Source: Octopus sinensis
Taxonomy: Eukaryota
Direction: 5' to 3'
Assembly (NCBI RefSeq): GCF_006345805.1
Contig: NC_043005.1
Coordinates: forward strand, 24,304,001 to 24,368,000
Length of the DNA: 64,000 nt
This document shows positions 37,440 through 50,480 of this stretch, piece by piece. Within the stretch, counting starts at the first letter, position 1. Every line of letters starts with the position of its first letter. The position numbers were made by a program, and so were the translations under genes. The notes beneath the pieces were generated by a model that made no database searches, was not told the origin of the DNA, and saw nothing but the letters and a program-made list of their open reading frames with translations.

Positions 37440-39900
37440 GAACTATTAGAATAGGATATAGTATCACGAATAATCTAGCCACCATCATCTCCTCCTTCAA
37501 CAACGAGAAATTGGATTGCTTCTATAATGATAGAAAGATAAACATGGGTAGTAGTGAAAATAAGTGCAATAATATCAACAGGAATAGGGCTACGGGTATT
37601 TCTGAAAGGGTTAAATCTCCTCAATCTGTTAATGGCTGCAATTGCAGAAGCAAGAATCAATGTGTGTTTGGTAATAAATGCCTGAGGAGAGAGGTGGTTT
37701 ACCAATGCACTGTAAATACACAATATAATAGCAGGGTGTACATTGGTGCGACTAAAAATAGTCTAAAACAACGGCTAAATTATCATGGATATACTTTTAA
37801 AAATAAAAATAGAATGAACTCTACGGGGTTAAGTACGTATATCTGGGAACTCAAGAGTAAGAACATAGATTTTAAATTAGATTGGGAAATACTAACATCT
37901 GCACCTATATACAATAGTAGAAATAAAAAATGCTCAATGAAATTTTCTTCATCATCAAAGCCGGCCAACCCATTATTAACAGCATTAATGAGCGAAATCT
38001 TTTTTGCCTTCACAAATTGGCGTACACTTTCTCTAGATTTAAATAACATCTAATTCTTCTACCAGTAATCTTTTAGCATTCATCTATATTGGACTGTACT
38101 ATTGGTCCTTACAATTTATAATTTATAACTTCTGTGTCTACATGTATGTGTTCTACATTGATTGTTTCTGTCCCGACTGGAAAAATATACAAAAATATAT
38201 AGTTATTCTGATATATGCATGATATTCGGAACCCCACAGAATCTTTTATGGGTGTAAGGTGTATTTGCGCATCATATCTTAGGGCACTAGTTTGAGTTTT
38301 TGCTATACCAATATGTAATATGTGAGAGTCCATAATTACTATAAGTTGTTTATCTCGATGAGCATATGTGTTTTTTTTTTGTTTTTTTTACGGTTGGTTT
38401 GTTGGGGGTTGTGGGATTTCTGCGGCACAGGCGTGGGCTCGGGTGGGGCTGCACCGGAGTTTGTGTGCCCGCGTGCGCATGCGCCTGAGCGTCCGCATGC
38501 GCCTGAGCGTCCGCGCAAATGCATCAACGTGTGCACTCTCGCGCGCTGTGCTTGCGGACATTCGCGTGTACTTGTACGCGTGTTCTGGTGTGCATCTTGG
38601 TGATCGTGTGTGCGAGGGGGACGTGTGCGGGTGTGCCCGGCCATGAATTCGCCTGTCCGTGCGGGGGCGTGCATACACATGTATGTGCATGTGGGTGCAT
38701 TCCGGCGTATCCACTTATACTTACTATATTAAGTTTATCTTTGTGCCCTCCTTAATTTGTATTCCATTTTATTTATCTATTTATCTATACATGGATATAT
38801 ATATATATTTATATATATATTTATATTTATTTATTTAATTATTTATTTTTGTTTATTTGGCACTTACTAATCTATAGTCAATTTAATTTATAATTAATGA
38901 ACTTATATCTAAATTAATAGTAACTTCTGTTTACTTTTTGTGTATGTATATATACGTCTTTGGGTTTAGGGTTAGATGTGGATGTGTATGTTTTGCTTGT
39001 GCGGTGTGGTGGAGGTCGGGCGGCTCTCAATTGACCAACTGTGAGGAAGATAATGATAATTTTAAATACAAATCCAATAGTGTATTTATGTCATAAGGAA
39101 AATTACTAACTGGAACCCGGACATACATATGTACCACTCTGGATCCTAATGTAAGCGTTATTAATAATATTATGAATGATAATAATGGTAACATTAATGG
39201 TATTGACAACGATAATGATGCTAACTTTAATGACACTTTAGAAATTAGTATGAAGTAATATAATGTACTATTGACTATGTATATTTGCATCTAGGTACTA
39301 ATTTGTGTATGTTTATTATCACAATATTAAGTCGAAAAACTGAGACATTGAATGTGGAACACATATATATGTTTACTAATTTATATTATTTATTTATATC
39401 ATTATGTATATGTCTATTTTTATAAGTATAGGAGTGTGAGTATATGCACTCATATGTATATGTATATGTTGTATTATGGGTATGTACCCCCACCCATGTG
39501 GGTATATATGTAGACTGATTTATATTACATAATCTCCGAAGAGGCCTTATGATATTTTTGTGAATGTCTCATTTATATTTATATATTGACCTACCATAAA
39601 AGGGTAATATTGGTAAAATGAGACATACTTATCTACATGGCCGAAACAGCTGTAAGATGTAATCTATACTTATATTTATATTTACTTTTATTTATATTCT
39701 CTTTTATATACATTCTACTTATTATACAACATTACCCTTTTATGTACACTTTTTTATGTACATTCCTTTATGTACACTGATTTGTTCTGCTTTTTATATT
39801 TAACCCTACAGTCTCTTATGTGGTGGTTTAATAAAGTATGTGATTGAGTATTATCTGGTAATTGATATTTGATTTAGATGTATTTCTCCATTTTCTTATC
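37440..39900 (+). mobile_element. Penelope-like element 3' part: GIY-YIG endonuclease ORF (37511-38053), 3' region and pLTR with hammerhead
   Basis: GCNCRSKNQCVFGNKCLRREVVYQCTV..VYIGATKNSLKQRLNYH..STGLSTYIWELK..DWEIL..YN..KKC: CCHH plus GIY-YIG typical of Penelope; HHR at 39525-39662. Confidence 0.85.
39525..39662 (+). ncRNA. Type I hammerhead motif (U4C) with long stem II
   Basis: atct CCGAAGA(39536-42) GGCC..GGCC GAAA(39643-46) CAGCTG TA agat; inner 11-bp helix 39564-74/39616-26. Confidence 0.75.
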
Positions 39901-39901
39901 T

Positions 39902-39944
<43 letters not shown>

Positions 39945-40010
39945 GTTAATGCAATTGGAACAATTGTGGATTTTGAATGTGTGATCTAAAATAAAGATAA
40001 GATTTTCGCC

Positions 40011-40042
<32 letters not shown>

Positions 40043-40143
40043 ACACGCACACACACACACACACACACAAATATATATATATGTAACGCCCCAGTAAAAC
40101 TACATTCAGATTGCTGACGCAAAGCACCACCTGATTTTAGGAT

Positions 40144-40187
<44 letters not shown>

Positions 40188-40190
40188 GTG

Positions 40191-40236
<46 letters not shown>

Positions 40237-40782
40237 TTTGTGTGTATCTGTGTGCGTGCATGTGTATGTGTGTATGTGTGTGAATATATATACGTGTATA
40301 TAAGTGTGTGCATACATACATACATGTATACATATGTATATGTATGTGTATACACGCCGGAATACGAAGGGAAAGGAGGCAGCTGGGTACTGTCAGTCGT
40401 TCCATACTGACCAATGAATTAATACAATATCCTAAAGCAATTTATCATCTTTCTTTATGTTTGATATCATTCATTATGTTTCCGTTTATTGTGTAGATCT
40501 CTTGTAGCTATACTCGTCCTCCTAAGCTGTTTGATATCTCATATATTCTACAGTACGATAATAAATGTCACTTATGGCAACGGAGGCGCTGGAGAGGATC
40601 TCAACCTTTCCTGTCTTGTTGCTAATGTGCTTATGCACAAACACACACACACACACACACACTCACAACACACACACACACATATATATACCGTACATAC
40701 ACATTCACACACATACATACACACACAAATATATATGCATATTTATATATATATGTATTATATATACAGACACATTAACGTA

Positions 40783-40844
<62 letters not shown>

Positions 40845-41442
40845 CAAACACACACAGCACACATATAAGTATGTATGTATGTATGTATGTGTGTGAGTAT
40901 CTATGAACGTATGTATTGTGTATTTTTTCTGAACCTTTCGTTCTTTGTTTCATTTTGTTATTGTGTTTTCTCTTCTCCTCTGCGTCGCCTTTTGTCAATG
41001 TTTTAGTGTAGTGAACCAAGAAGAACCATGGAATTAATGACAACATAAATAGCCACCATTACTATCACAGTAACTCCACATCAAACCACACCGTGTTTGC
41101 CTGAACATGACAATGTCACGTGATTAAAAGCTGATCTCTGACGTCAATGCTCATTGTTCTTCTAGAGCGATATCAATGACCTTGAATCCACCCTCTTATT
41201 CCTTCATCCTGTGCAGCCATTATTGTCCTTAATTTAAAGTGGTGTGTTTATTTTTGTCTAGTACTGTTTAGCGTTCATGATTTCAAACGGTGATTGTTAT
41301 TCATGTTATTTTTGTCTACCTCCAGTTTAAAATTTGATCCCGCAAGCCTGTACTCTAAAGCGTTCCAGCTGTGATCACCCACCATGTTCTATTTTAAAGC
41401 GTAGTATATCCAAGGCATCTATTCTATCGTTTACGATTTGTG

Positions 41443-41720
41443 CAGGGCCGTCTGAAGTTACCTGAGGCGCCCCATATCTTGAGACGCTAAGTCATGTGAT
41501 GGGTTATTTCAAGAAATACAAACTGAAAAATATAAAATGATAAATGAAATTTAACTTTTTATTATTTCATTAAAAAAAATTGTAATAAACACTTTATGTT
41601 CACATTTGAGGTTTATACATCTTGATAAAAAGAATTTTAATTATACATTTGATGGTGTCGAAATTAAGCTTGCTCAGGACATGAATAATCTTATGTCCAC
41701 CCTTGAATTTGAGGGAAATT
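41443..41720 (-). mobile_element. hAT-like 3' end
   Basis: CAGGGCCGTC..ggcgccc terminus; minus VLSKLNFDTI resembles the hAT C-terminal region. Confidence 0.45.
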
Positions 41721-41918
41721 GAACTGCTATTTGTAACAGGTTCAGATAGCGTGTAGATCAGTAACTCTTAAACTCCAATCACTATATTTCAAAATGTCAC
41801 TTCCCATATTCCCAAGATTGTCTGAATCATCAGTTGCATTCTAAATAATATACACATAATAGCGAAAATATTTTTGAAAGCCATAAGTTTGTGTGTCTGT
41901 GTTTGTCCCGCTAGCATA

Positions 41919-42900
41919 TATTTGGTTATCCCATAAAGAATGCGATTTTTTAATACTTCTTTTATTTTTCAAAATTAAGATAAATCTCTTTCTTAATCTA
42001 AAATATACTCTCCTTCATTTTCTACAATGCTCTTCCATCTATCTGGTAGACTTACAAGGTTCTTCTAAAATTCACTTGTCCGTGATGAAAAATACTCTTC
42101 CACTATTGTTCTAACCTCATTTATAAAATTCATATTTTGTCCGTCCAAATGGTTTTGAAAACTGCGGAATAAATGATGTTCAGATGGTGCAATGTCCGGC
42201 GAATATCGTTTCCCATTCAAGCTGCTCCAGTCTTTGGAATGTCCTCCTCACTGTATGTGGCCGAGCATTATCCTGAGGGAAGAACACTTTGAGTCTTGAA
42301 ATCAAAGATGGTCGATTTTCTTCTAGTGCTGAGTTAAGCCGCTCAAGCTGCTCGCAGTAGATCTTTGTTATCGTTTGGTTTGGGTTTAAAAGTTCAAAGT
42401 GGACTAAACTTTTCATATTCCACCAAACAGATAACAACACCTTGAGTGGGTGAAGACCTTCTTTAGCCTGAGGTGCCAGTATTTCTCCTTTCCCTAACCA
42501 CTGTCTTCGGCGCTTGACACTTTTATAGAGAACCCATTTCTCGTCACCAGTCACTATTCGGTCAAAAAAGGGTTCATTCGTAAGAAGTGACTGTAAAAAA
42601 GATTAGACTCGGAAATTTTGTGAGGAACCCATTGACCTAATTTGCTGACCTTTCCAATGGCGCGCAGGTCTCGACGAATGGCTGAAGGACCAAATCCAAG
42701 CTTCTCTGTTGGTTTCTCAACAGTTACAATGGGATTTTGTTTCACCAGGTTTGCAGGACGTCCTCATCGAGCTCTACAGATCATCCAGGATGAGGTTCAT
42801 CTTCTAGGCTGTAGTTTACGGCTCAGAATTTCTGGAATCACCGTTGACACTGGCTTACGCTTATTTTCCGATCACTATATACACTGCATTAATATTCCTG
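41919..42900 (-). mobile_element. Mariner transposase pseudogene
   Basis: KLGQWVPH, TGDEKWVLY, LHPLKVLLSVWW, QDNARPH; TIR ttggttatcccataaagaatgcg at 41921. Confidence 0.9.
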
Positions 42901-43594
42901 TGAATAATTCTCTTATTTCTTTATAAGCTTTTGGGTATTCAGAGGATTGCATAAACAGCAACAACGCCATATTTCTTTTATGCTTCGTTGCTTAGCGTAA
43001 ATTTGCAACTAAAGGGAAAAGCCAGTACTACAAAGACCTGTAAACTGAGAGAAGAGTCAATGCTTGCCTACGCATTTCTGTCACATTTAAGTAGTAATCG
43101 CTTACCAAGGGCCAAAATATTTCGAATTGATTTCCTACCGAACGCAATTCTTGCCCCTGGATTATTGTTCCAACCTAGAAATTTGTATTAACAATGATGA
43201 ACTTCGACGACCATAAATTTAAACGAATTTCCCATTAAATCTACTTTTCAATATACAAAATTCAAGAAGATAACTGCTGATTTCTTTTCCTAGTCAAATA
43301 CTGCAAATTCTATAAATAATTAGACTTCACCTTCCCCAACAACAATTGATGATAATTTCTCACAGAGTGCAAGATTTTTTTGGTATTCTTCCAATTTTCC
43401 AACTTGTACACAGAAACTTTTTAATTATCCTAAATTTTATGATGATTTTATTTCTTCCCGGCATCTGAATTTATCCAACAGCGATATAATGAGATACCTT
43501 CTAAGTGAGTGATTCTTATCGTTTTGTAGAGCAACCTCCGCGCCATTACTGAATGACGTTTCAACCTACCTCTGCTCAAGTAGCAAAATAATAG

Positions 43595-43680
<86 letters not shown>

Positions 43681-43740
43681 GTAATAATAATAGTAATAAT
43701 AATAATGACAATGATAATAATAATAATGATGATGATGATG

Positions 43741-43822
<82 letters not shown>

Positions 43823-43824
<2 letters not shown>

Positions 43825-44368
43825 GCCCTGATGCAGTACCAGGCAGTGATTCTCATGGCTTCTTATCTTAACTGATTGGAAGTGTTATCATGTACATTGT
43901 TTTGTCTTGGTATAAAATATGGGCTACAGCAAATATTCTGCTCAATACCACAGATTTGCTTGTCAGTTGTTTGACCTTAACCAGTTGAGCATGTCCCTTA
44001 GTGGCTGACGATATGATCACGAGCAGAAGTAGTGGGGGAGCATCATAGCCATGTGTTGAGAGGGATTCTTTGGGGTTTGAATAATTCACCTCTGGAAACA
44101 TGGGTGGTTCTTTCAACATCCTTAAACAACCCTTATTCAGGGACCTTTTGAGCGGGATGGGCTACTCAACCTGAACAAATTTCTAACTGGGCCCCACCTG
44201 CAAGGTCATGTGCTGTTTATCTTGATATGAGATCACCATGTCGCGCACATATGGTTGTGATGCATGTGCCTGGTGTACCCTTATCAGGCGGGTAGTCATG
44301 ATGGGTATATTGGGCTTCGTATATTTTACCCCAGTGTCACTTTGATGGCATGAACTGCTCTCTTACTC
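43823..44368. mobile_element. ~545 bp non-coding element inserted in (TAA)n
   Basis: Unique, moderately GC-rich sequence bounded on both sides by long (TAA)n tracts; no recognisable protein. Confidence 0.6.
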
Positions 44369-44392
44369 AATAATAATAATAATAATATAATA

Positions 44393-44430
<38 letters not shown>

Positions 44431-44460
44431 TAATGATGATGATGATGATGATATTGTGAG

Positions 44461-44764
44461 GATGCATGGCCTAGTGGTAATTATGTTACACTCATTTGTG
44501 GTTTCAATTCCTAGACCGCGCACTCACTCGTCGTGGTTTCAATTCCAACATCATGCTTTCACTTGTGGTTTCGATTCCTATACCGTGCACTCACTTGCCA
44601 TGGTTTCAATTCCTAGACCGCACATTCACATATCGTGGTTTCAATTCCTAGATCGTGCACTTATTTGTCGTGGTTTCAATTCCGGGACCGCGCACTCACT
44701 CGTCGTGGTTTCAATTCCCAGACCACGCACTCATTTGTGGTTTGAATTCCCAGACCGCGCACTC
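44461..44764 (+). repeat. tRNA-SINE head followed by 8 tandem 32-35 bp units, each with a B-box-like motif
   Basis: A box tggcctagtgg 44467-77; tggttt(c/g)(a/g)attcc at 44499, 44534, 44566, 44601, 44636, 44671, 44706, 44738. Confidence 0.85.
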
Positions 44765-45280
44765 TTCTTCATCTTCTTCTTCTTCTTCTTCTTCTTCCTT
44801 CTTCTTCTCTTCTTCTTCTTCTTCTTCTCTTCTTCTTCTTCTTTTCTTCTTCTTCTTTTTCTTCTTCTTCTTCTTCTTCTTCTTCTCTTTCTCCTTCTTC
44901 TTCTTCTCCTTGGTCTTCTTCTCCTTCTTCTTCTCTTCTCTTCTTTTTCTTCTTCTTCTCTTCTTCTTCTTCTTCTTCTTCTTTTTTCCTCTTCTTCTCC
45001 TTGGTCTTCTTTCTTCTTCTTCTCTTCTTCTTCTTCTTCTTATCTCCCCCCTTTTCTTCTTCTTCTTTTTCTCTTTTTCTTCTTCTCCTCCTCCTATCTA
45101 CTTCTATTTCTTTTTTCTTCTTCTTCTTCTTCTTCTTTTTCTTCTTTCTTCTCCTCCTCCTCCTCCTTATTCTATCCCTCTCCTCCTTCTTCTTCTCTTC
45201 TTCTTATTCTTTCTTCTTTTCTTCTTCTTCTTCTTCTTCTTCTTCTTTTCTTCTTCTTCTTCTTTTTCTTCTTCTTCTTT
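44765..45280. repeat. (CTT)n microsatellite
   Basis: Direct reading. Confidence 0.95.
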
Positions 45281-45500
45281 AGGCTGGCGTGCTGGCAGAA
45301 TCGTTAAAACGCCTGGCGAAATGTTTAGTAGTATTTCGTCTGCCGCTACGTTCTAATTTCAAGTTCTATCGAGGTCGACTTTACCTTTCGTTCTTTCAGG
45401 GTTTATAAATTAAGTATCAGTGAAAGCCTGGGGGTCGATATAATCGACTATCCCCCTTCCCCCAAATTTCTGGCCTTATGGATATAGTAGAAAGGATATT
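45281..45500 (+). mobile_element. SINE family B
   Basis: Head ctggcagaatcgtt; core gaggtcgactttacctttcgttctttc. Confidence 0.8.
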
Positions 45501-45899
45501 TACATGTACTTAGGCACGTATTTTAAATTTTTCTAGAAATTACAAAAGAAGATGGAATTTTTTAGTAAAGGATTACAATATATAATTATCCGCCAAGCCC
45601 ATGATAGTGAATTGACAGAAGATTTAGACAACCAGAAAATGCTTTCTGGTATTTGTTCCGGCACTTTACATTCTGGGTTCAAATCCTACCGAAATCAGTG
45701 TTACATAATATTCCTCCGGGTTTGATAAAATATTTCCAGTTAAGTACATTTATTCTTGGCATCCGCCAGTTCACTCGAATGTGCTGGCATTTACCTAATT
45801 CAGAAGCCATTATTAGGGTACGTAGATAAAACATTCGAATCAAAGAGCGACATTATTATGATACACATTTCAAATATATAAATCAATAATTGACTATAT

Positions 45900-46295
45900 A
45901 GGCGCAGGAGTGGTTCCGGGTTCAGTCCCACTGCGTGACATCTTGGGCAAGTGTCTTCTGCTATAGCCCCGGGCCGACCAATGCCTTGTGAGTGGATTTG
46001 GTAGACGGAAACTGAAAGAAGCCTGTCGTATATATGTATATTATATATATATAATATTATATGTTTGTGTGTGTATGTGTTGTGTGTCTGTGTTTGTCTC
46101 CATAGATTGCTTGACAACCGATGCTGGTGTGTTTACGTCCCCGTCACTTAGCGGTTCAGCAAAAGAGACCGATAGAATAAGTACTGGGCTTACAAAGAAT
46201 AAGTCCCGGGGTCGATTTGCTCGACTAAAGGCGGTGCTCCAGCATGGCCGCATTCAATTGACTGAAACAAGTAAAAGAGTAAAGAGTAAGAGAGT
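45900..46295 (+). mobile_element. SINE family A
   Basis: Close match to the adjacent copy and to 36993-37384. Confidence 0.9.
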
Positions 46296-46338
46296 ATATT
46301 TAAGATAAAAATGACGGATGTAAATAATTTCAGATATA

Positions 46339-46757
46339 GGTGCAGGAGTGGCTGTGTGGTAAGAAGCTTGCTTCCCAACCACATTGTTCCAGGTTCTGTC
46401 CCACTACATGGCAACTTGGGCAAGTGTTTTCTACTATAGCTTCGGACCGACCAAAGCCTTATAAGTGTATTTGGTAGATGGCAACTGAAAGAAGCCCGTC
46501 ACATATATATGCGTGTGTGTGTGTGTATGTATTTTTGTATGTATGTATTTGTGTGTCTGTGTTTGTCCCCCCACCATCGCTTGACAACCGATGCTGGTGT
46601 GTTTACGTCCCCGTAACTTAGCGGTTCGGCAAAAGTAACCGTTAGAATAAGTACTAGGCTTACAAAGAATAAGACCTGGAGGTCGATTTGTTCAACTAAA
46701 GGCAGTGCTCCAGCATGGCCGTAGTCAAATGACTGAAACAAGTAAAAGAATAAAAGA
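46339..46757 (+). mobile_element. SINE family A, full length
   Basis: A box tggctgtgtgg, B-box-like ggttctgtccc, CORE-like ttgggcaagtgt, aaaagaataaaaga tail. Confidence 0.9.
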
Positions 46758-47106
46758 CGATTTGAAAAATAATTATAATTTCAGAGACAATATGTAATAA
46801 TTAAATATTAACTAATGAATACGCTGTGCTTGATGTGATTTTGTAAATTTAAAAGTAAGAAATCCGATATTTGACTGGGCCACGTTTTGCGTCTTTGTAG
46901 CCAACAAGCTCTTAGCCAACTGTTTTACCATTTCTTAACCAGCTTTGAGGAAGAGAAGCTTACAACAATAAATTTACTCTCTTCAAGAGACTGTAATATT
47001 CATTTAGTTATTAAACCATAACTCTTCATAACCATTTTATTGTAAAAGCACTTGAGCAAGGGACATTATGGTATTTTTATTAGTTCTTCAGAAAAGCCTG
47101 TTGTAA

Positions 47107-47604
47107 TCTACCTATATAAAAGAGGTAAAAAAACTTTACACTTTGGCTTTGGTAAGGTTTCAATAGCACTAGACGTGCTAGGATCGAGCTGAAAATTGGC
47201 AGGGATACTAAATGCGTGGTGAGGATCCAACCTGCGATGGTTAAAGTTCGCAAGCTATAAAGATGTGGTTGCTATGGCAAAGATAGTAAAAATTGACAAG
47301 TGTTTGTTGTTTCTCTTTAATGGTTATCACCCTTTCTTCCATCTCTCTCTTTCCTCCCTTCCCTTCACCTTTTTCTCTATAACGACGTTTGAAGTTTCCA
47401 CTATCTTTCCCCCGCCGCCTTCGCCAGCGCTGTCACTCTTTCTCCCACCACCTTTCTCATTGTACTTCTGCCTTTATCTATATAGAGAGAAAACGTGACA
47501 GTAGCAACAGTTTAAATATTCCCGTCTTTTAGAACGGTAACATATTATCGCCCACCACCATCGCACAATCATAACAGATATTATTAATCAGATATATTGT
47601 GTTA

Positions 47605-47669
<65 letters not shown>

Positions 47670-50091
47670 TGTGTGTGTGTATGTGTGTGTATAAATATAT
47701 ATATATAATGTGTATACATATATATCTTTACATATGGGTTTGGGGGAAAATGGGATCTTTTGATGTTGGCGCCAATCGGAAGATTTGATGTGCGTGCGTG
47801 CGTGTGTATGTGTGTGAGGGAGAGTGTGTGTGTGTTTGATGGACATACACACACATACACACACACACCTAAACACACACATACACAGACGCACAAACGG
47901 AACGCCAACTTCAAAAGAACTTCGCGCTCTATCTGTCTGGCTTTTATGCCGACTTGAAAAGATACCCTTCCCCCACCCCACATATATAAAAAATAAAGAT
48001 TTTACTGAAAGTGACGATCTTATGCAAACAATCTCACGTGATCCAGTGACTAATCATTTAGTAATATTTTTAAGTGAATGTGATTTCAAAAATGTAAATT
48101 GTTTGTACAATAAGCTTTTACGGTATGCCAAACCGAAAACGCTCAAATCTTTCTGATAAGCGAAATAGAACCCGTAAATTGCAAAGAAGGGAAGCCCATG
48201 CACAGGTACGCTTTTTGCCTAAATATTACATTTTTTCATTGAAATATTGCTGAACTTACTCTTTTTCCGTTCCGTTATTTAAAACTTGAAACCTGACTGC
48301 CTATATGAATCTAAGGAATTTCTCTGATCTATTCGTTTTCATTCAATGTTGCTATAAATTAAATTTTATATACCTTACCTGATGTAGTCTTTTTGTTTAC
48401 TCTTTCTCAATTAGGCTACTTCTCTCAATATTGTGATTCGTTTTTTTTTCATTTAAACTCTTCTATTCAGCATATTTTCATAATCATAATATTTAAAATG
48501 AAGCGGCCCTTTTACAAGTAACCTAAAACGTGCAAATGTGATATCTCCATTGACTTACAATATTACCCAGACATTTTTATACATACAATTCATTACTATT
48601 TCTAGCATCTAATCTATTATTGCCACTTTGATTAATACCATAAAAACAGCGGCTGCAATGCTTACATTAGAACCTAATTATTCAAATCTGTTAAACATAA
48701 ATGAAAAATCGAGTTTGTGTCAATATTTACGACGTTTTCTTGGACAATTTGTTTAGTAAAATAACTGTTTGTTGGACTGCCGACCAAATATCCATAATAT
48801 TTGCAGCTAATCTTGGTATTGAATACATACTAGGTGATTGCTAAAACTTAACACATCAGTTTTGCCATTGCTTTATTTTCGTTGAATTATTCTTTTTAAT
48901 ACATAACATTAAAGTCATGGCAGTGAATGTATTCCTGTCGAACGAAAGATAATTATTACTTATAAGTCACACATTTCATTCTTTATCAAAAAAAATTAAT
49001 TGCACAATTTTTCCGAATTATGACTTGATTTTTCTGGGTTTTTTTTTATTATTTAAGAAGTATACCAGACTTGACTATCCAAAACTACAATTTACTACTA
49101 TTACATTGGCTTTACCAAATAATCATTAGCTATACTATTTTGAACGATGCTATCCGTCTCTACAGGTTCTTCCTTCTGAGGAAACTCCGCAATCATTGGA
49201 ATTTCCTGTTGCTGAACAAAGTGATAGTTCCACCCTTTCATGCATCGAAGAGAGTAATGAGGCATGTGAGCGTCTCCCTTTCTCCCAATCCACTAGGCGA
49301 TCACGAAGAAGCAAGACTCCTGTTGCCAGAGAATCACGTCTTTCTGCCCAGCGGGAAAGAGATCAATTCACCCGTATGACGGAGAATGAGGAGGCTAGGG
49401 AGATTCGTTTGCGAGACCAGCAACGTCGAAGACAACAACGACGTCGTCCAGAACAAAATTTTTGGTTGATGGCGGGTTTCAACTACGATCCTACTTATGA
49501 CTACGCGAGTCGAACCAACGTTTCTATTGGACAGATGGATCAAGTTTGCAAATACTGCAGGGCGAAAAGTGAGAGGGGAAACTCCGGGTCTCTGCTGTTC
49601 CGAGGGCAAAGTTCATCTTGAGGCACTGGCTGCTCCTCGCGAAATACTCCGAGACCTTCTCACCAGTGGCTCTGACCACGGAAAGCTGTTTCGAAAGAAT
49701 TTATGGAGAACCAACTCATGTTTTTCGATGACGTCTTTCGGTGTGAGAGAACAAACACTGACAACACTGAGGTCGCCAGCACTACTCGAACCACTGTTAC
49801 AAGGCCCTAAGAAAAGCGTTTTAATTTCCAAATTCAGGACCAGTGTTACCACAAAATTGGGAGCCTTCTCCCACAACCAGAAGAGGAGCCACGATTTATG
49901 CAGGTTTTCTTCATGGGTGGACATGAGCAAGAACTTTCTCATAGATGCAGCAAAAACCCTCCTTTAAGTCGCAATATCATTGCAGAGCTTCAAACAATGC
50001 TCCACCACCATAATGCAAAATTTTTACTTTTCAAAAATTCCAATTCTAAAGGGTCGAAACAAACCCGAGCAACGCCGGGCGATACTGCTAG
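47107..50091 (+). mobile_element. Non-autonomous Helitron with intact termini and truncated RepHel gene
   Basis: A|TC 5' end at 47107; 3' hairpin cccgagcaacgccggg then CTAG (50088-91)|T; internal STPR-like repeat, C..C/CC zinc motif and N-terminal Helitron motifs. Confidence 0.85.
48125..50040 (+). pseudogene. Spliced Helitron RepHel N-terminus (exon 1 48125-48205, exon 2 from 49166), frameshifted and truncated
   Basis: MPNRKRSNLSDKRNRTRKLQRREAHAQ|gtacgc ... ctctacag|VLPSEETPQSLEF..ENEEAREIRL..IGQMDQVCKYC / ETPGLCCSEGKV..FRKN..NSCFSMTSFG / FQIQDQCYHKIGSLLP..PRFMQVFF. Confidence 0.75.
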
Positions 50092-50480
50092 TCTACCAAT
50101 ATAAATCAGGATAAAAACTTGTGCACGTTGGCTTTGGTAAGGGTTCAATGGCACTAGACGTGCTTGGATCGAGCTGAAAATTGACGGGGATACTTAATGC
50201 GTGGTTAGGATGCGACCAGCGATGGTTAAAATTTGCGATAAGTAGTTGTTGTGAAGATATTAAGGGTTTATAGGGTATAAATACCCCAAATGGTGCATAA
50301 TAGGAAAAGTTTCCGAAATTGACTTGATCCTGCAAGGGAAGTAAATCTTAACTTTCGACTATACAATGACTGGACAACGAAAAATGTATCTATTTTCGCT
50401 TTTGTTAAACACAATCTAATCATTTAGCAATATTTTTAAGTGAATGTGATTTCAAAACTGTAAGTTGTTTGTACAATAAG
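50092..50480 (+). mobile_element. Second Helitron 5' end, head-to-tail with the first
   Basis: tctaccaatataaa..ggctttggtaagg..cactagacgtgct.ggatcgagctgaaaatt repeats 47107-47250; 50417-50480 repeats 48051-48115. Confidence 0.85.

Noticed and set aside
43823-43880. Resemblance to U2 snRNA (tgcagtacc)
   Set aside because: The match is only a few bases, with no U2 5' stem, branch-site recognition sequence or Sm site.
44461-44764. CRISPR-like repeat array
   Set aside because: The inter-repeat segments are themselves homologous (no unique spacers), the unit is a tRNA B-box segment, the context is eukaryotic, and there are no cas genes.
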